From positions 942,233 to 1,006,232 of the forward strand of contig NMRA01000078.1 of the NCBI GenBank assembly GCA_002633005.1: DNA of 64,000 nt, written 5' to 3'. The DNA comes from Phoronis australis (taxonomy: Eukaryota > Animalia > Phoronida). The position numbers and the translations under genes were made by a program. Positions 35,901-47,800 of the stretch are shown one piece after another; the first letter of the stretch is position 1, and each line of letters starts with the position of its first letter. The notes under the pieces are model-generated. The model was given only the letters and a program-made list of their open reading frames with translations. It ran no database searches and was not told the DNA's origin.

Positions 35901-38900
35901 ATGTGTATTTATATGATGTTGACAACGGTCAGTGACAACTTTCATACGGATCGAACAACCAGTGTGTCCCATAGTTGCAATTTTAGTTTTTTACGCTTAC
36001 CTCTGTATCTTCGGAAGTCTTCAACATATTTTCATAAAATTTGGATCATAGGCATCTATTAGTGAGGTGAAACTATCCTCTCATTTTCAGATGGATTCGA
36101 CATAGTTTGCGCCACCTCGTGGCCATTTTTACTGTTTTCGAGTCTGTTTCTTGGCATCCACTCCTTTATCAACCAAACCGCTCAAAGGATGATTGTGAAA
36201 ATTGGCATGAAGAGGATGCCTGATGATGATTTTCCGACCACTTCAACTACTGTGGCGCCTCCTAGTGGCAGTTTTATTTTTTTTTTGTGCCCATGGCTGT
36301 ATCTCCTAAACAGTTTGCAGAATCTTTGCTAACTTTAACAAGTTTATTTATATGATTTTGACAACGAGCTACGACAACTTTCACACTGATCTGACTACCA
36401 GTGTCACCCCTAGTGGCAATTTTAGTTTTTTATGTTTACCTCTGTATATTAAAAGGTCCTCATTGGAGTTTCATGAAATCTGGAATATAGGCATGTATTG
36501 TTGCGGTTACGCTATCCTCCCATTTTCGTTTGAATTAGAGGTATTTTGCGCCACCTAGTTGTCATGTTTACTTTTTTCGAGTCTGTTTTTTGGCGTTCAC
36601 CCCTCTATCAACCAAACCATTCTAAGGATGATTTTGAAAATTGGCGTGTACTCAGTGTGAAGAGGACAGTTACACTGACAACTTCGGTTAGTGTGGCACC
36701 TCCTAGTGGTGGTTTTGTTTTGTTTTGTGGCCATAGCTGTATCTCCTAAACCCACTGTAGGATCTTTATTAAATTTAGTAAGTGTATTTATATGAAGCTA
36801 ACAATAGACGACTTTGAGGCGGACGCTGTGTCCCCTAGTGGCAATTTCATTTTTTCCGCTTTCCTTTGTTTCTCTGGAGTTCCTTGACAGATTATTATGA
36901 AGTTTGGTGAGTAGATTTCTATTAAAGAAGCGATGGCATGTTCCGTTTTCAGATGAATTGTTTAGGTTGCGCCATCTAGTGGCCATTTTTATGATAGAAA
37001 TGAATAACTCTAGAAGCACATCTTTTACAGTGCATTCGTGGGCGCATTTCAATGCTCTGCATTACTCTTGTCCTTTGTTCATCTGCAATGAAACCAGTCT
37101 GTTAACAAAAAGTTAAAAACAAAAATGACGTGGCGCAGCATGAAAACGTTTTCATAATAGGCAAATATCTTTCTCAGGTACGTCGTTTTTGTTTTCAACT
37201 TGTTGCTTTTTATTTGGCCAAAAAATAATCTCATTCAATTAACATGCGTTGGTTCAGCTTCACTCTAACTTTCTTTCTAGATTTGCCAAGAAGCAGACTT
37301 GTCAAGTATCCGTTGCTTCTGAAGAAAATTCAAGAAAAGGTAACACTTGGTCATTCTGCCATCACTTTGCAGAGACCTCTAGTGGTTGGTGTAGTTCTGA
37401 GACCTCTTGTGTTTGGTGTACAGTAGCTGTTAGATAATCCTCTTAACCCATGAGCGTACACAGGGTTTTTCCAGATTCTAGTATGCCCACTAGCCTTCTA
37501 GGAATTTAACCGAAATTCCTGTTTTAGACTGGCAAAAATCGGTGGCATCTGCTAAACCTTTGGGTCTTGGGAGCTCAGTAATATGTGTATGTTATCCTAA
37601 TTTTCATATTCTTTGGTAATGTGGAGGATTCAGGGATCTGTTCCACGAAAAGTGTCAGAAGACTTGGTCTTACCCTCCCACTTGACAGCTGCTGAATAAA
37701 GGTTTAGGCAACTGATAATGAGTGCATCAATGTCTTGAAATAATTTATAGAAACCATCTCGTCAACTAGCAGTTACGCGTATGTTTTTTCAGAGTCTTTA
37801 CTGTGGTGAGACTAAATTATTTTTCGTAAATGGCTGTGTGGTGCATAAGACCAAATTTCTATCTTAAGTCACTTTAATGAAACAGGTCCCAGAAAATGTT
37901 TACAATGCAAAACAACTTCACTACTTACATCAATCAAATAACTGCTTACTGCACAGTACTTCCGAGAAGCTTATGCCAACAATTTTGAGTGAACTCATGT
38001 TCTAAGAAATTTATAATTAGTTTAAACTGAAATTTCAGCCATCAGAAAAAAAGGGTTGTTAGTTGATGTTCACCTTCTCTTTATTATGTAAGTCGTGTGG
38101 ACGTTCTAGTTGTTTGTAATATAAATAAACCAGACTGTAATATGCAGGCATGCAAGTGTTATAATTTCTTGATTTTGTAGACTCCCGACAACTTGTTTGA
38201 GAAGAGACTGCTTGATGAATCCATTCAGATCATTGAGGGGATTGTGAATAAGGTTGATCAAAAAACAGGAGAGTCCAAGTGTAACTTCACTAAGGGACGG
38301 TTAGAGTACCTTGAAGACAGACAGAGAAGTGAGCTGATTGACAGCTCGCGGGTCTTGCTGTGTGAGGGCGTGTTACGAAACAATAGAGGAACGGTATGTT
38401 GTTTGATCTGCGGGTATATTCAGGTGTGCTGGTATCTTCTGAGGTTGGAGAGACCAAGTAAAGTCATGCTAATGCAGTGCAAGATCTCACTAGGGTTTTG
38501 TGAGTAAGCTGTGGCACTCACTCCTCTGGGACCATGAAGTAAATATTGTCCATGCATTAAAGATGCCTGGAACATAATAAACGGACTGAAACTGGTTCTC
38601 TTCCACTCAAAACAGAATTCAACCTGCTCACCAGGTATTTTAGGGTTTGTTCATAAATATTTTTAATGTCTGTTGATATCAAAGCATTTTCTTATAGCTT
38701 CAAATTTCAAAAACATGATCTGTCAACTGCTCGCCACTTTGGCGATTTTTCTCCCACAAGACAAAGCATGTCCCCTTATTTGATATGGCAAGACAGATAT
38801 AACACGTTTCTCTTATATGGAAAATGTGACCTTTGACCTCAAGCGACTTCAAGCAACTGACTGTGAACACATGCGCGCATTTTTAATAAGTGGGAGGGAG

Positions 38901-41863
38901 ATTAGAAACTCTGTAGTAACCACAGAGTTTTTCCTTTGTGGCTATTCCAAAAATCGTAAATTTTGTGATTTTTCTGGAAATTCCCTCACAGGAGGAAGAG
39001 AATTACTCCATACTTGACATTGCGAGATAGTACTTTTTTCAGGGATTGTTTAAAAGATTTTTGACAAGCTTTCGGGTTCCATGTCTCTTAAAAATGAAAT
39101 GAGATAGTTTGGTAAAAATTTGTGGAAAAGACATAAACAATTTCACACGATGGCTTAAAAGAGCCCTAATTACTCGAGCCCTCTAGCTCAAGTTCCTCTG
39201 GCTATACCGGGGATTTCCAAAAGAGCCCAGCTGTGACTTTCTGTCTAAAAAGAGCCCTCATCATAGTCTTTCGGGGAAAAAGTGGCCAGACTCTTTGGGG
39301 GAACTTGTACTGCCACCTGCAGGTCCATCAGTCAGTCATGGGCTTTTGTGGTATATGCTGTAAGAGGAAATTTTCAGTGTCGACAGCTTGGCTTCAATAG
39401 AAGAAGTCAGACGATGCGTCTTTTGACATGAGATAAACTTGGACTATTTCAGCATCTTTTCAAGATCAAAAGTTGAAAAAAATACTGACATCTTGTATTC
39501 ATCTTCCGCATCTACAAGACTTACGATATCCCAAAAAAGCCCAATATCCTTGGTAAATCTGTGCTTTGGTAAGGATAATGGCTTGACAATGTGTCCTGGA
39601 AAACATAAAAAATATAGTATTTTTGGAAAAAAAAGGAAGCCCTGTAAGCTCGCAACATGATTTACCCAACACTAGCAAATAGCAAAACACCAGTCTGTCG
39701 CAACTCCATCACAACTCTTACCTTTTCCATTGACTCCTCTCTGGTAGTGACATCGGAGTTTCCGCAGGTTCTAGGGATTAGACACCAGGTTGCAAAATTA
39801 ATGAACACTCTCCATTGAATACCTGTTTTGCATGTCGCAAGCTCTAGTAGTTACTCCTGCTGGAGTCGAATTAATCTTTCCCATTGCGGGGGAGTTGTAA
39901 AACAAGGCTTGGAATTTTCCTCTTTTAAGAGGATTTTCAGTTTTCTCTTTTTGTGGGCACTTTTCAACGCTCTGCGTTGCTCATGTTTCAGAAGTTGAAC
40001 GTGTTCCTCTTTGAGAGCGTGCTGGTGCTTACGAGACCAGCGTCACGTAACGGCGAACTTCGCCACCAGGTATACCGCGAGCCCATCCCAGCCAGCGAGC
40101 TTGTGGTTGAAGATCTGAAGGATGGGCAGGCAAAGAAGGGGTCCTTCAGAAATGCCTTCTCACAGGGAAATGCAGGTGGGTGTCTGTTGGCAGGGAACTG
40201 CATCCTGTACGTTTGTGGTGTTGAAGCCCCACACAGTGGCATTTTGAAACACAGTCTCTCTTTATTGTAACAGGAAGGGAGTGGAGGCAATATTTGGAAA
40301 AAATTTGAACTTTTCTGGCAAAGTTATAACGTAAAAATTTTATGCAAATGCGGTAATTAATTAGTTGATGTCTTTCACTTACGTGACATCGTCCATTTTC
40401 AAATTGAATGCAAATAAGTGATGGAAGTATGTAAGTAATAATTTTCTGCTATCACGGCTAAATATTGAAAGTTTAATAAACTTGGCAGTCTCACCGAATA
40501 CCATTCGGCTTGATCACAATAAATTTGACAGATGGCACATCGTGTTGCGGTGAGAATACGTAATACCATTATTTACCACTAGGAGTTTATCATTGGAGTG
40601 TCACAGCGTGAATTTTACCTCATCTCTCTTCATATTGGTCAGAGATTTCCTGCATGCTTTCAATTTTTGGCTGTGATAGAAGATCATTATTGCTTACATG
40701 AACCTTACTGGCCACTGGAACCTATTTAGTGAAGCAATGTGGTTAAGTTTGTGCTTTTTGGGTAAAAGGGACATTTCCTTTTTACTCACTGGCTTGAACA
40801 CAAATGTAAACGAAATTACCTTGTCCCACTAAACACGACAAAAAAAACATTTCCGTACAATGAGAGAAAATGATTTTTGCCCTAACAAATGTACCATTCA
40901 GGGCATTGTCATGTTGAAACAAAATAATGTTTACAGGGTTGGCCAACTCTTCTCAAGGTTCAAGCTTCATTTAGATCCGGCTAAAAAGCAAAAGTCAAAT
41001 TGGGCATTTTACTCTCATCACATCGATCTCGTAATATTCCTTACTGTGAAAGGATTATGTTTTCATTACCAATCCAAGTCACAGGCTAAACCTACATGTA
41101 CCATTTTCGAATTGCAATTTTAGAGTTGGCCAACCACGAAATGTTATTCGTTTTCTTGAGTCGGTTTTATTGTACTTTTTGGTAACTGAAAGAGACTAGC
41201 ATCACGCATGACGTTAAGGAACAGAATAAAAGGTTTTGTACGACTGTCGTTGTTTTATCCAGCTGAAGGTGAAATACAGCTGTAAGTTATGTACCATCAG
41301 ATGCAAGCGATGTTGATCTCTCGACTAATTTTGATGGCAAATCCACTGCTTGGCAAAAATGCCGCTCAACAATATGGCATATTCTGCGCTCCTATTTCGG
41401 TATTTTTACTAGTAAAGTGTGATTGTTGACTGATGTGACCAAAAATAAATGATTATCCGCTTCACACCAGTTCAAAGAATTCGAGTGAAGTCAATTTCCT
41501 ATATCGAGCCCTGAAATACTAACATAGCTATGTGCTTTTGAAACTTGTTTGGCAGGTATAATATCCTGTTTCACATTTCTAATGTTGTGGCTGCTAGGAG
41601 AAAGAAACACTCCAAGTGAAGCATCGAACTCTCCAAACTAGTGGTGTTTCATTTTAGGCAAGAACATGTTCAAAGTGTCGTTCTACCACCCTAAAGATGG
41701 TCAATCGCACACCCTTCAGGCCAATGATGAACACGACAAGAAACAATGGCTCCAATGTCTGCGCTCCGTCGAGAGCAGTCAGTCTAGACTGTCTCCCCCT
41801 CTACAGCCCATTGTCCTAACCAATGATCCTTGCGAGCCCCTGGATTGTGAGTCTGATGCCTGA
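23865..41863 (+). CDS. ARHGEF3: Rho guanine nucleotide exchange factor, ARHGEF3/NET1 family (DH-PH), spliced gene, ~507 aa, 12 coding exons
   Basis: Exons sum to 1524 nt in frame. Motifs recalled from human ARHGEF3/NET1: RKRKRK-DDDALSVQSLD, EPSKKR..ARISSITNLLSP, KREVQRQEAIHEL, FLQRCQESKFSRKLDLWNFLDLPRSRLVKYPLLLKKI, KTGESKC, QSHTLQANDEHDKKQWLQCLR. Confidence 0.93.
24464..24630 (+). CDS. ARHGEF3: ARHGEF3/NET1 probable alternative first exon 1b
   Basis: ATG preceded by an in-frame TGA; 55 open codons MGMGQRMAETGGK...YNLRRKYLKKSADTYLNMK(R) ending AAG|gtaagt; phase 2; 97-nt intron to exon 2. Confidence 0.55.
24728..24803 (+). CDS. ARHGEF3: ARHGEF3/NET1 exon 2
   Basis: cttgcag|G...GGC|gtaagt; ESPMMSPRPMKRRDSSASLMFSLSG. 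Confidence 0.8.
28348..28413 (+). CDS. ARHGEF3: ARHGEF3/NET1 exon 3 (basic NLS-like)
   Basis: ttgcag|AGA...CAG|gtaaac; RKRKRKVDDDALSVQSLDFNIQ. Confidence 0.88.
29429..29524 (+). CDS. ARHGEF3: ARHGEF3/NET1 exon 4
   Basis: tggcag|GAG...CAG|gtaaga; EPSKKRRASIARISSITNLLSPSAKKVGRAIQ. Confidence 0.9.
30810..31052 (+). CDS. ARHGEF3: ARHGEF3/NET1 exon 5 (start of DH domain)
   Basis: gtgtag|AGG...CAG|gtatag; RSFSFKAPSPAKP...KREVQRQEAIHELLMGEYDMIQDLKMVKQ. Confidence 0.92.
31051..31143. repeat. Minisatellite, 5 x 19 bp (AGGTATAGACACACCTGGC/A), starting at the exon 5 donor
   Basis: AGGT recurs at 31051, 31070, 31089, 31108 and 31127. Confidence 0.9.
31874..31970 (+). CDS. ARHGEF3: ARHGEF3/NET1 exon 6 (DH)
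   Basis: tttcag|CTT...GAAG|gtaggc; LYYDSMSTLNLMTIEELQEIFGIVETLVPIHE. Confidence 0.92.
32910..32986 (+). CDS. ARHGEF3: ARHGEF3/NET1 exon 7 (DH)
   Basis: tgacag|AA...TGG|gtgagt; ECVDKINSLRRTDQSIDCIAQVLIDW. Confidence 0.9.
33316..33386 (-). repeat. Degenerate tRNA-derived sequence (SINE head or tRNA pseudogene); similar heads at ~60146-60217(-) and ~27745-27805(+)
   Basis: A-box-like TAGCCTAGTGG and B-box-like GGACTCAAGTCCC at tRNA spacing; T-loop lacks canonical TTC. Confidence 0.55.
33462..33959. mobile_element. Non-autonomous hAT-like DNA transposon with 6-bp TSD
   Basis: TIR CAGGGCTTG...CAAGCCCTG; exact flanking duplication TAAATT (33456-33461 and 33960-33965). Confidence 0.85.
34384..34540 (+). 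CDS. ARHGEF3: ARHGEF3/NET1 exon 8 (DH)
   Basis: ctccag|CTG...CTGG|gtaagc; LPCLECYIEYCANQVYAKALLDKKKEDPKVVDFLQRCQESKFSRKLDLWNFL. Confidence 0.95.
35373..37071 (+). mobile_element. Helentron-associated non-autonomous element (HINE/DINE-1/pearl-like) with an internal tandem repeat array
   Basis: 5' T-run + subTIR ATGCGCCCAC (35378) + nearby imperfect inverted repeat GTGGTCACAT (35398) + (CTGT)n; ~145-bp subrepeats in a ~430-bp trimer; 3' subTIR GTGGGCGCAT (37038) + hairpin AATGC-TCT-GCATT + CTCTTGT. Confidence 0.8.
37281..37339 (+). CDS. ARHGEF3: ARHGEF3/NET1 exon 9 (DH)
   Basis: ttctag|AT...AAG|gtaaca; DLPRSRLVKYPLLLKKIQEK. Confidence 0.94.
37634..37889. mobile_element. Harbinger-like MITE with CAG TSD; relatives near 7813-7860 and 29660-29977
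   Basis: cag|ggatctgttcca...tgaaacaggtcc|cag; internal inverted (at)ttggtctta / taagaccaaat. Confidence 0.6.
38181..38393 (+). CDS. ARHGEF3: ARHGEF3/NET1 exon 10 (DH end, PH start)
   Basis: ttgtag|ACT...ACG|gtatgt; TPDNLFEKRLLDESIQIIEGIVNKVDQKTGESKC...VLLCEGVLRNNRGT. Confidence 0.94.
39992..40175 (+). CDS. ARHGEF3: ARHGEF3/NET1 exon 11 (PH)
   Basis: tttcag|AAG...GCAG|gtgggt; KLNVFLFESVLVLTRPASRNGELRHQVYREPIP...GSFRNAFSQGNA. Confidence 0.94.
41658..41863 (+). CDS. ARHGEF3: ARHGEF3/NET1 last coding exon (PH end, stop)
   Basis: ttttag|GC AAG AAC ATG TTC...; KNMFKVSFYHPKDGQSHTLQANDEHDKKQWLQCLR...CESDA*. Confidence 0.93.
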
Positions 41864-44800
41864 GACAGTCGCGCTATGGACCGTACAAACAAACCGTTCC
41901 ATCTTACCATCGCCTGCTGATCATAAATTTTCCAGTATGTGTCAGGGAGTAGTGTTTATTCATTTTAATTGCACTTCACACAGGGTCTCTCCTAGAGACT
42001 GGTCTTTGTTAGAGTTCCAGCGTTGATTAATTTGGTTAAAATTAAAGTCACGATCAATTTAAAAATCGCTGCTATGAGGCGTCAGATGTGTGTATTGGAG
42101 AACCGGCTGATTTTGGAGATGTGGTATTTCTTTATTCCAACGTGCCTAATCCCCTGATTTCTAAGGGAAAACCAGCTTCTATAAGAATAGCTACGGTGTA
42201 ACAATGACTGTCTCACTCTGTTTAGTTAAAGGATTTTCAGTGCGTCAATAATCCTGGGGAAACAATGCCAGTGATCACATTTCAGTTATCCATCCGTGTA
42301 AACATTTAGAGTGGCGTCAGCCCGATTGTGGGGTGGCATTCAATGGCTTTTTGACAAGTTAAACTAAAAACGAGAGTGGCGTGGTTGTCATGCCTCGACG
42401 TCTGGCATTGTATACGGGATGTAGTGTTAGATCTAATTAACATCTGCCATTGTTTTGGGCCAAGTTAGATGAATTTTGACAATGAGGTGTTGAGCGTGAC
42501 GTGTGGTTAACGGGAATTGGCTACTCATACTTAAGGGATTTATTAATTTTTTTCGTACTCATAAGATATGTCGCCATTATAATGATTATTCCATTTTGAA
42601 CAATTTACAATTTCATTCCATATTGAAATGTCCTTGCCATAAGCGTTTATTGCGACAATGATCTCTTTTTGGTACATGTATATATATAGATTGATAGTTG
42701 GAGGCGTGCTATGAGACTGCTCTCCATAGGTCCCACACGAGACCACAATGATGGGTATTGACAGTGTTGGTTTGGGGCCAACTAAGTAATAGAAACACCA
42801 GCACAGTTGTTAACATTCTGTATTGACATTTTGATGAAGTTCTATTCATCATCCTCGAGGAGTATATCAAACCACAAACATCAGGTCACAAGTAACAAAA
42901 TCAACTGAACTACAATTCACCTATAACACAGTCACATGCAGAGGTCAAAGCTATGTCCAAAGGTGAGGTCAAAGTTGAATGGTTCATGATAAACCATTGT
43001 GTGTCAGACTGAATGTGTTTCTACACTCCCAAAGTAGAAGAGTGGAATTCCAGATAATTCTGTTTATAAATGAACAATGACTAATATGGCTTTATGTCAT
43101 CAATGTACTAAGAACAAACAGGAGTTACACCATCACGGTAGTTGAACAATGTTTTACTTAGCTTTATATGTATATTAAAAATCAAAGTCCATCTGGTCAG
43201 TTTCGTCGCGTGGCATGGTGTCTGAATGTGGCTGTATTGAAAGGGCTTGGGTGTTTAAGAAACTTATCTGGTCTGAATTATCTGTGTCAAATTTTATGCA
43301 CATTTTGAATTGACTCTAATACTTGCTAGCTGGACAACTCTCAGAGCATGGAATTTTCCCCCTTTTAAGGAAATTTCCTCTTTTTTTAGTTTCAATTTCC
43401 TAGTTTGATTTCCAGTTTTCTCTTTTTTGTCTCTTTTTATCATTATTTTGACTTTATTCATGTAAAAACTCTTGTTTCTGTTAAATTTTAAAACCCAAAA
43501 ATATTTCAATCACACAAGCATATTTATTTGTGGAACCATACATCACCTGCAAAAATTTCCTCTTCTTTGTCATTGGTCATTCCAAGTCCAGACCTCTTAA
43601 CAAATATAGGTCCAAGCATGTTCTCAGAATACTGCCCCAGGTTACAACTGTTTGGTCACTTTAAGTATCGCCTCGTATCGTGCTCTTTGTACAGTGGTGA
43701 TATGTTATCATATCATAAGTCAACATGAGTTTGAAGATTCCAATAATAATGTCTATGAATAATTTGTTAAACTGTACTTATGTTTTACCGCTTATTTATT
43801 TTATCGTAGATTAGTTGCTTTTGTATATTTGTTATTTTATCCAATATTATTTAATTTTGCTGTACGATAAATTTGTGCACAACTATTCTGTTATGTCTTT
43901 ATAATTTAGTTTATCTACACACAAGTTATACTGTGTGAGTGAGTATGTGTCTGTATTGGCTGTGACCCATGTATCCTGTTGTTGGACGTTTGTGTAGTGT
44001 ATGGCATGGCAGGTCTGGTGCTTAGTATTTTCACCATACCTGAATCTGTGTCCCACTTGTCAGAAAAGGGATCATATCACATTCAAGGAGTAGTGATTAT
44101 CAAAACTGCATTTTCTCTTTAGCTAAAAATCTGGCCACATATCCCAACAAAATGTCTCGAAACTGTTCGCATGGTTGGGCTTCATTTCCTTTTGGATTAT
44201 TCAGAGAATTTAAGAGTCAAAAAATGTTTTATAAAAAATGTAGCAGTTGCTAGCCTTTCTTAAGTTTAACCCCTACTCTTTAGTCATAGGTCAACTTTCG
44301 TGTCCAAGTGAATGTTGACACCAAAGCCATGACAAGTTGATATTTGCGTAAGGTCTCTTAGCTGTAGCTTCATTAGATTATGGTATTGGATAATCCAACT
44401 TTGCCTAATAAGCAATGTAACTTTATGTGTAAAGTGGAATTGAGGAGCAGCTTTGAAAAAATCTTTAAGATATTTTAGTTAATATTCGACACATGGGTCA
44501 AAACGTAAGTCACCGAAATACTGACAATGCATGTCCGATTGTTTAAGAACACATACTGTGCCAAGGTCGTAAAGAATTTAATATGGTGGAAGATTCTTTG
44601 ACCATACAGAACTCTGCCTCAAAGTTAGTATGTTGTTCTATGAAGAATTCATTAACCTTGAGGCAAAGAATTTCCAACACAGAATTAAACAGTCACTAGA
44701 ATGTAATTATATAAAATTTGTAAGGCCAACATGGCAGTAAAATACCCCCCAACACCCACTTTGGCACTGGTTTTTATAAAGATGCTTTTAACTTGGAGAT

Positions 44801-47800
44801 CAGTTGATATTTTCTGTGTATAGTTATAAGTACTGATTAGATAATCCATAAATCTGCACCATGTGCTGATCTTTGTGACCTCAATACAAACGGATATAAC
44901 ATCACAAACTGTTGTTTTATTCTATCATATTCTGTTTCTTACTAGTCATTCAAGATAACATATGAGCATTATCGCTAGAAATTTTCATTGGCTTTTTACT
45001 GACTTCTTCCTGGCTTGAAATGTATAACATTCTGTGCCCAGTTCCACAAAAGTTACACACCGCATAGCAACAGTGATGTCACATTCTTACGCGCCACGTT
45101 TTTATCGTTGAACAATGCACCTGGTGCAACAATAAAACTTATCCAGCGGATAACTTTTGAAGTTTTATGCAACACAGCCCTTATGAATTTATTTACCTAT
45201 CTTTTGTTTTATGCATTCTTCGTGGTGAATATACAAGGTGCGTGATGAAAACTATTTGCCGTGTATACATATCCTTCAAAAATAATGATCCCAAAGTTAT
45301 AGTTTTCTAGTTTTTCACAAAGCATTGAATTTTCCTCTTTTAAGAGGATTTTCTCTTTTTTGCTTTCGATTTCCTCCTTGTCTCTTTCTATTCTTATTTT
45401 GACTTTATTCGTGCAAAAACGATTATTTCACTTAGGTCTACAACACAAAAACATTTCTGTCACACAATCCTATTTATTTGTGGAAAGAAAAACACTTGAA
45501 ATTTTTTCTTCTTTTTTGTCATTGGTCATTCAAGACGTTTAAAATTGGGGATGCCCATAATAAGTACTGTCTCAGTGGTTGTACCTATGGTAACGAACTT
45601 GAATATTTAAAACCATTAACCTTCTGCTACCTATCTTTTATGCAAAAAATGAGAAACTAAAATTTCACTGAAGAGACTCGTCCTAAATTGGTGACTGCCA
45701 CGGCGCTGCTCAAGCTGTTTCAAGTGAAACAAACTGATTGACTGTTGGCGAGAATGTCATGTCCAAATTACTGGAGGGATTACTCTCAAAATCAATCGCC
45801 ATTGGTGATATCCAGTTTCTCGTGAAAATTTAATCAGTGTCGCTCTTCAATCATAAGTCGGCGCCTTTGCTACGTTGCCCATTCGCTAACAGGTAGGGCC
45901 TTGGAGTCATTTGTAAGTAGATGTTTGCACTTCTGCCACCGCTCAAAAGTAAATCCCGTTTTACTAATTACATGAAAATGTCTTCGTGTAAGTTTTACGC
46001 CCTCACATCGTCTATAATTCGTACTAGTAAATAAGTAAAGTACAAATTAGCAAAACTTTAATTTTACATCTGTATGGAAAATATAACGAACAAAACACGT
46101 TAGCAAATGTGCCAGTAACGGATGTAAATCACAAAAGTAGAATGATGGCAATAACAAATATCAGTGAAGGAATCGATGAAAATGATACAATAATTTTATT
46201 CTACATTGCAGCCAGTATGTGGTGTGAGTTCAGCGTTTTGTAAAGCGTGAGGAAATATTGAATTCAGTGCTAGGACCGGTAGCGGATGAGGGGGGGGGGG
46301 CTCAGACCCNGCGGCGGAATCGTGTCCCCCCCTTTTTTAGTCCACAATCGGGCTTTGCTCAATTCCCCGAGGCAACATGTTCGGCCAACCCCTTATGGTA
46401 TCCTAGATCCGCCACTGAGCTAGGGCAGCAAAATGGATTTGGTCCAATACGGTGTAGTTTTTAAAAATCCCCATAGCTAGCAATTTCCGTCTTTGCACTG
46501 CTACCACAAGTCATTTACTCTAGACTGCAAGAGCGACTATGATGTTTGGCAGCCATTGAAAACAAACATTAGTGCACGGTATTGAATGTTTTCCAATTTT
46601 CTCGAAGGTTCATAATGCCTCCCGCCCAAAAATGAATCTGGTATTAATATATAAGGATAGTTAATCAATTTGTAAGTGCCTATTTGCAATCTGTTATTGC
46701 GCTTTTCCACCCTGTGATTAGGGATCGACAATTTGTATTTAACGGATTGATCCATACGTAATAACAGATTTACCTTTTTCTGGCACTACTAGGCGTTCAT
46801 ACACATGTGCCAAGCAAGCGGATAGTAATTAAAATATGATCGTATTACTAATGCTTAATACACGTGTTGTCTGGTTCCAACAACAGAAGGTGGCGCAGGC
46901 GGAAAAGCGCAGATATAAGATGTTTGCTTGCCTTTTTTGCGCCATCGTGAAAGATTACTACTGCTCCCAGGCGACGGCCGATTACGACACCCCAGAGGTT
47001 ACTGTCAACCCGTGCTCGTAGCAAAATGGCACCATTAAAAATGGGCCTAAGACTCTTACTTATGAAATTACAATTTTATCACCTCTTCATAACTCATCCT
47101 TCGTGATAAGATGTCTCCTCTCACACTCTGTGTGCAGCGTGTGGAACATCGTGAATAAATCAGGTGTAAAGAAAAAGTCTACTGCATCACTCGGTTTGGT
47201 AAACGGTCTATGTGCATCATAATGGATAAAAATGTTACAGCCTCGGTGTTCACTGATGTATGCCCACAAGGTAACAATCGGGTTTTGGGTTACGTGATAA
47301 ATCAACTGTCCGCCGAGACTCTAAAATATACCGAGGTTGCTGCGAACTACGCGTTAAAGAATTCAGCTAATTTGGCATAGTTTGGAAAACAAGCGCAGGT
47401 TGAAGGACAAAGACATAATTAATTGTTTTGATAGCTGAAAAATACTGCTCCAGTTGACGGGCAAGTGGTTTCACCCTATAGCAGAATTCGATTAGCGACG
47501 TAATTTATCGCTAAAAAATAAAATGTATGCCCTCTTAGCGAGTAGATACAAAAATAAAAAATCATTAATTTCTAGGAAACACCGATAACACCACAGGCTA
47601 TTGAACATTATTCCGGTAGCGTCACACCTTTGTCACGCTCCCAAGAAAAATCTTTTGTATGCCGGAAAAATAAGTCGGAAGAGTGTTACTTTGTGACGAC
47701 GATTACTGCGAAAAACTCGTCTAGTGTAATGCCTGATGGAGACACTCCCAAAGAAATGATGCAAAGGGGGGCGAAGCACTGAAATAAATTTTTTTGGGGG

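Noticed and set aside
35683-37116. Cluster of similar short ORFs suggesting a tandem gene family
   Set aside because: They are translations of the tandem monomers of the HINE element.
41849-41863. NET1-like C-terminal PDZ-binding motif
   Set aside because: ESDA fits S/T-x-hydrophobic only weakly and is unlike NET1's ETLV.
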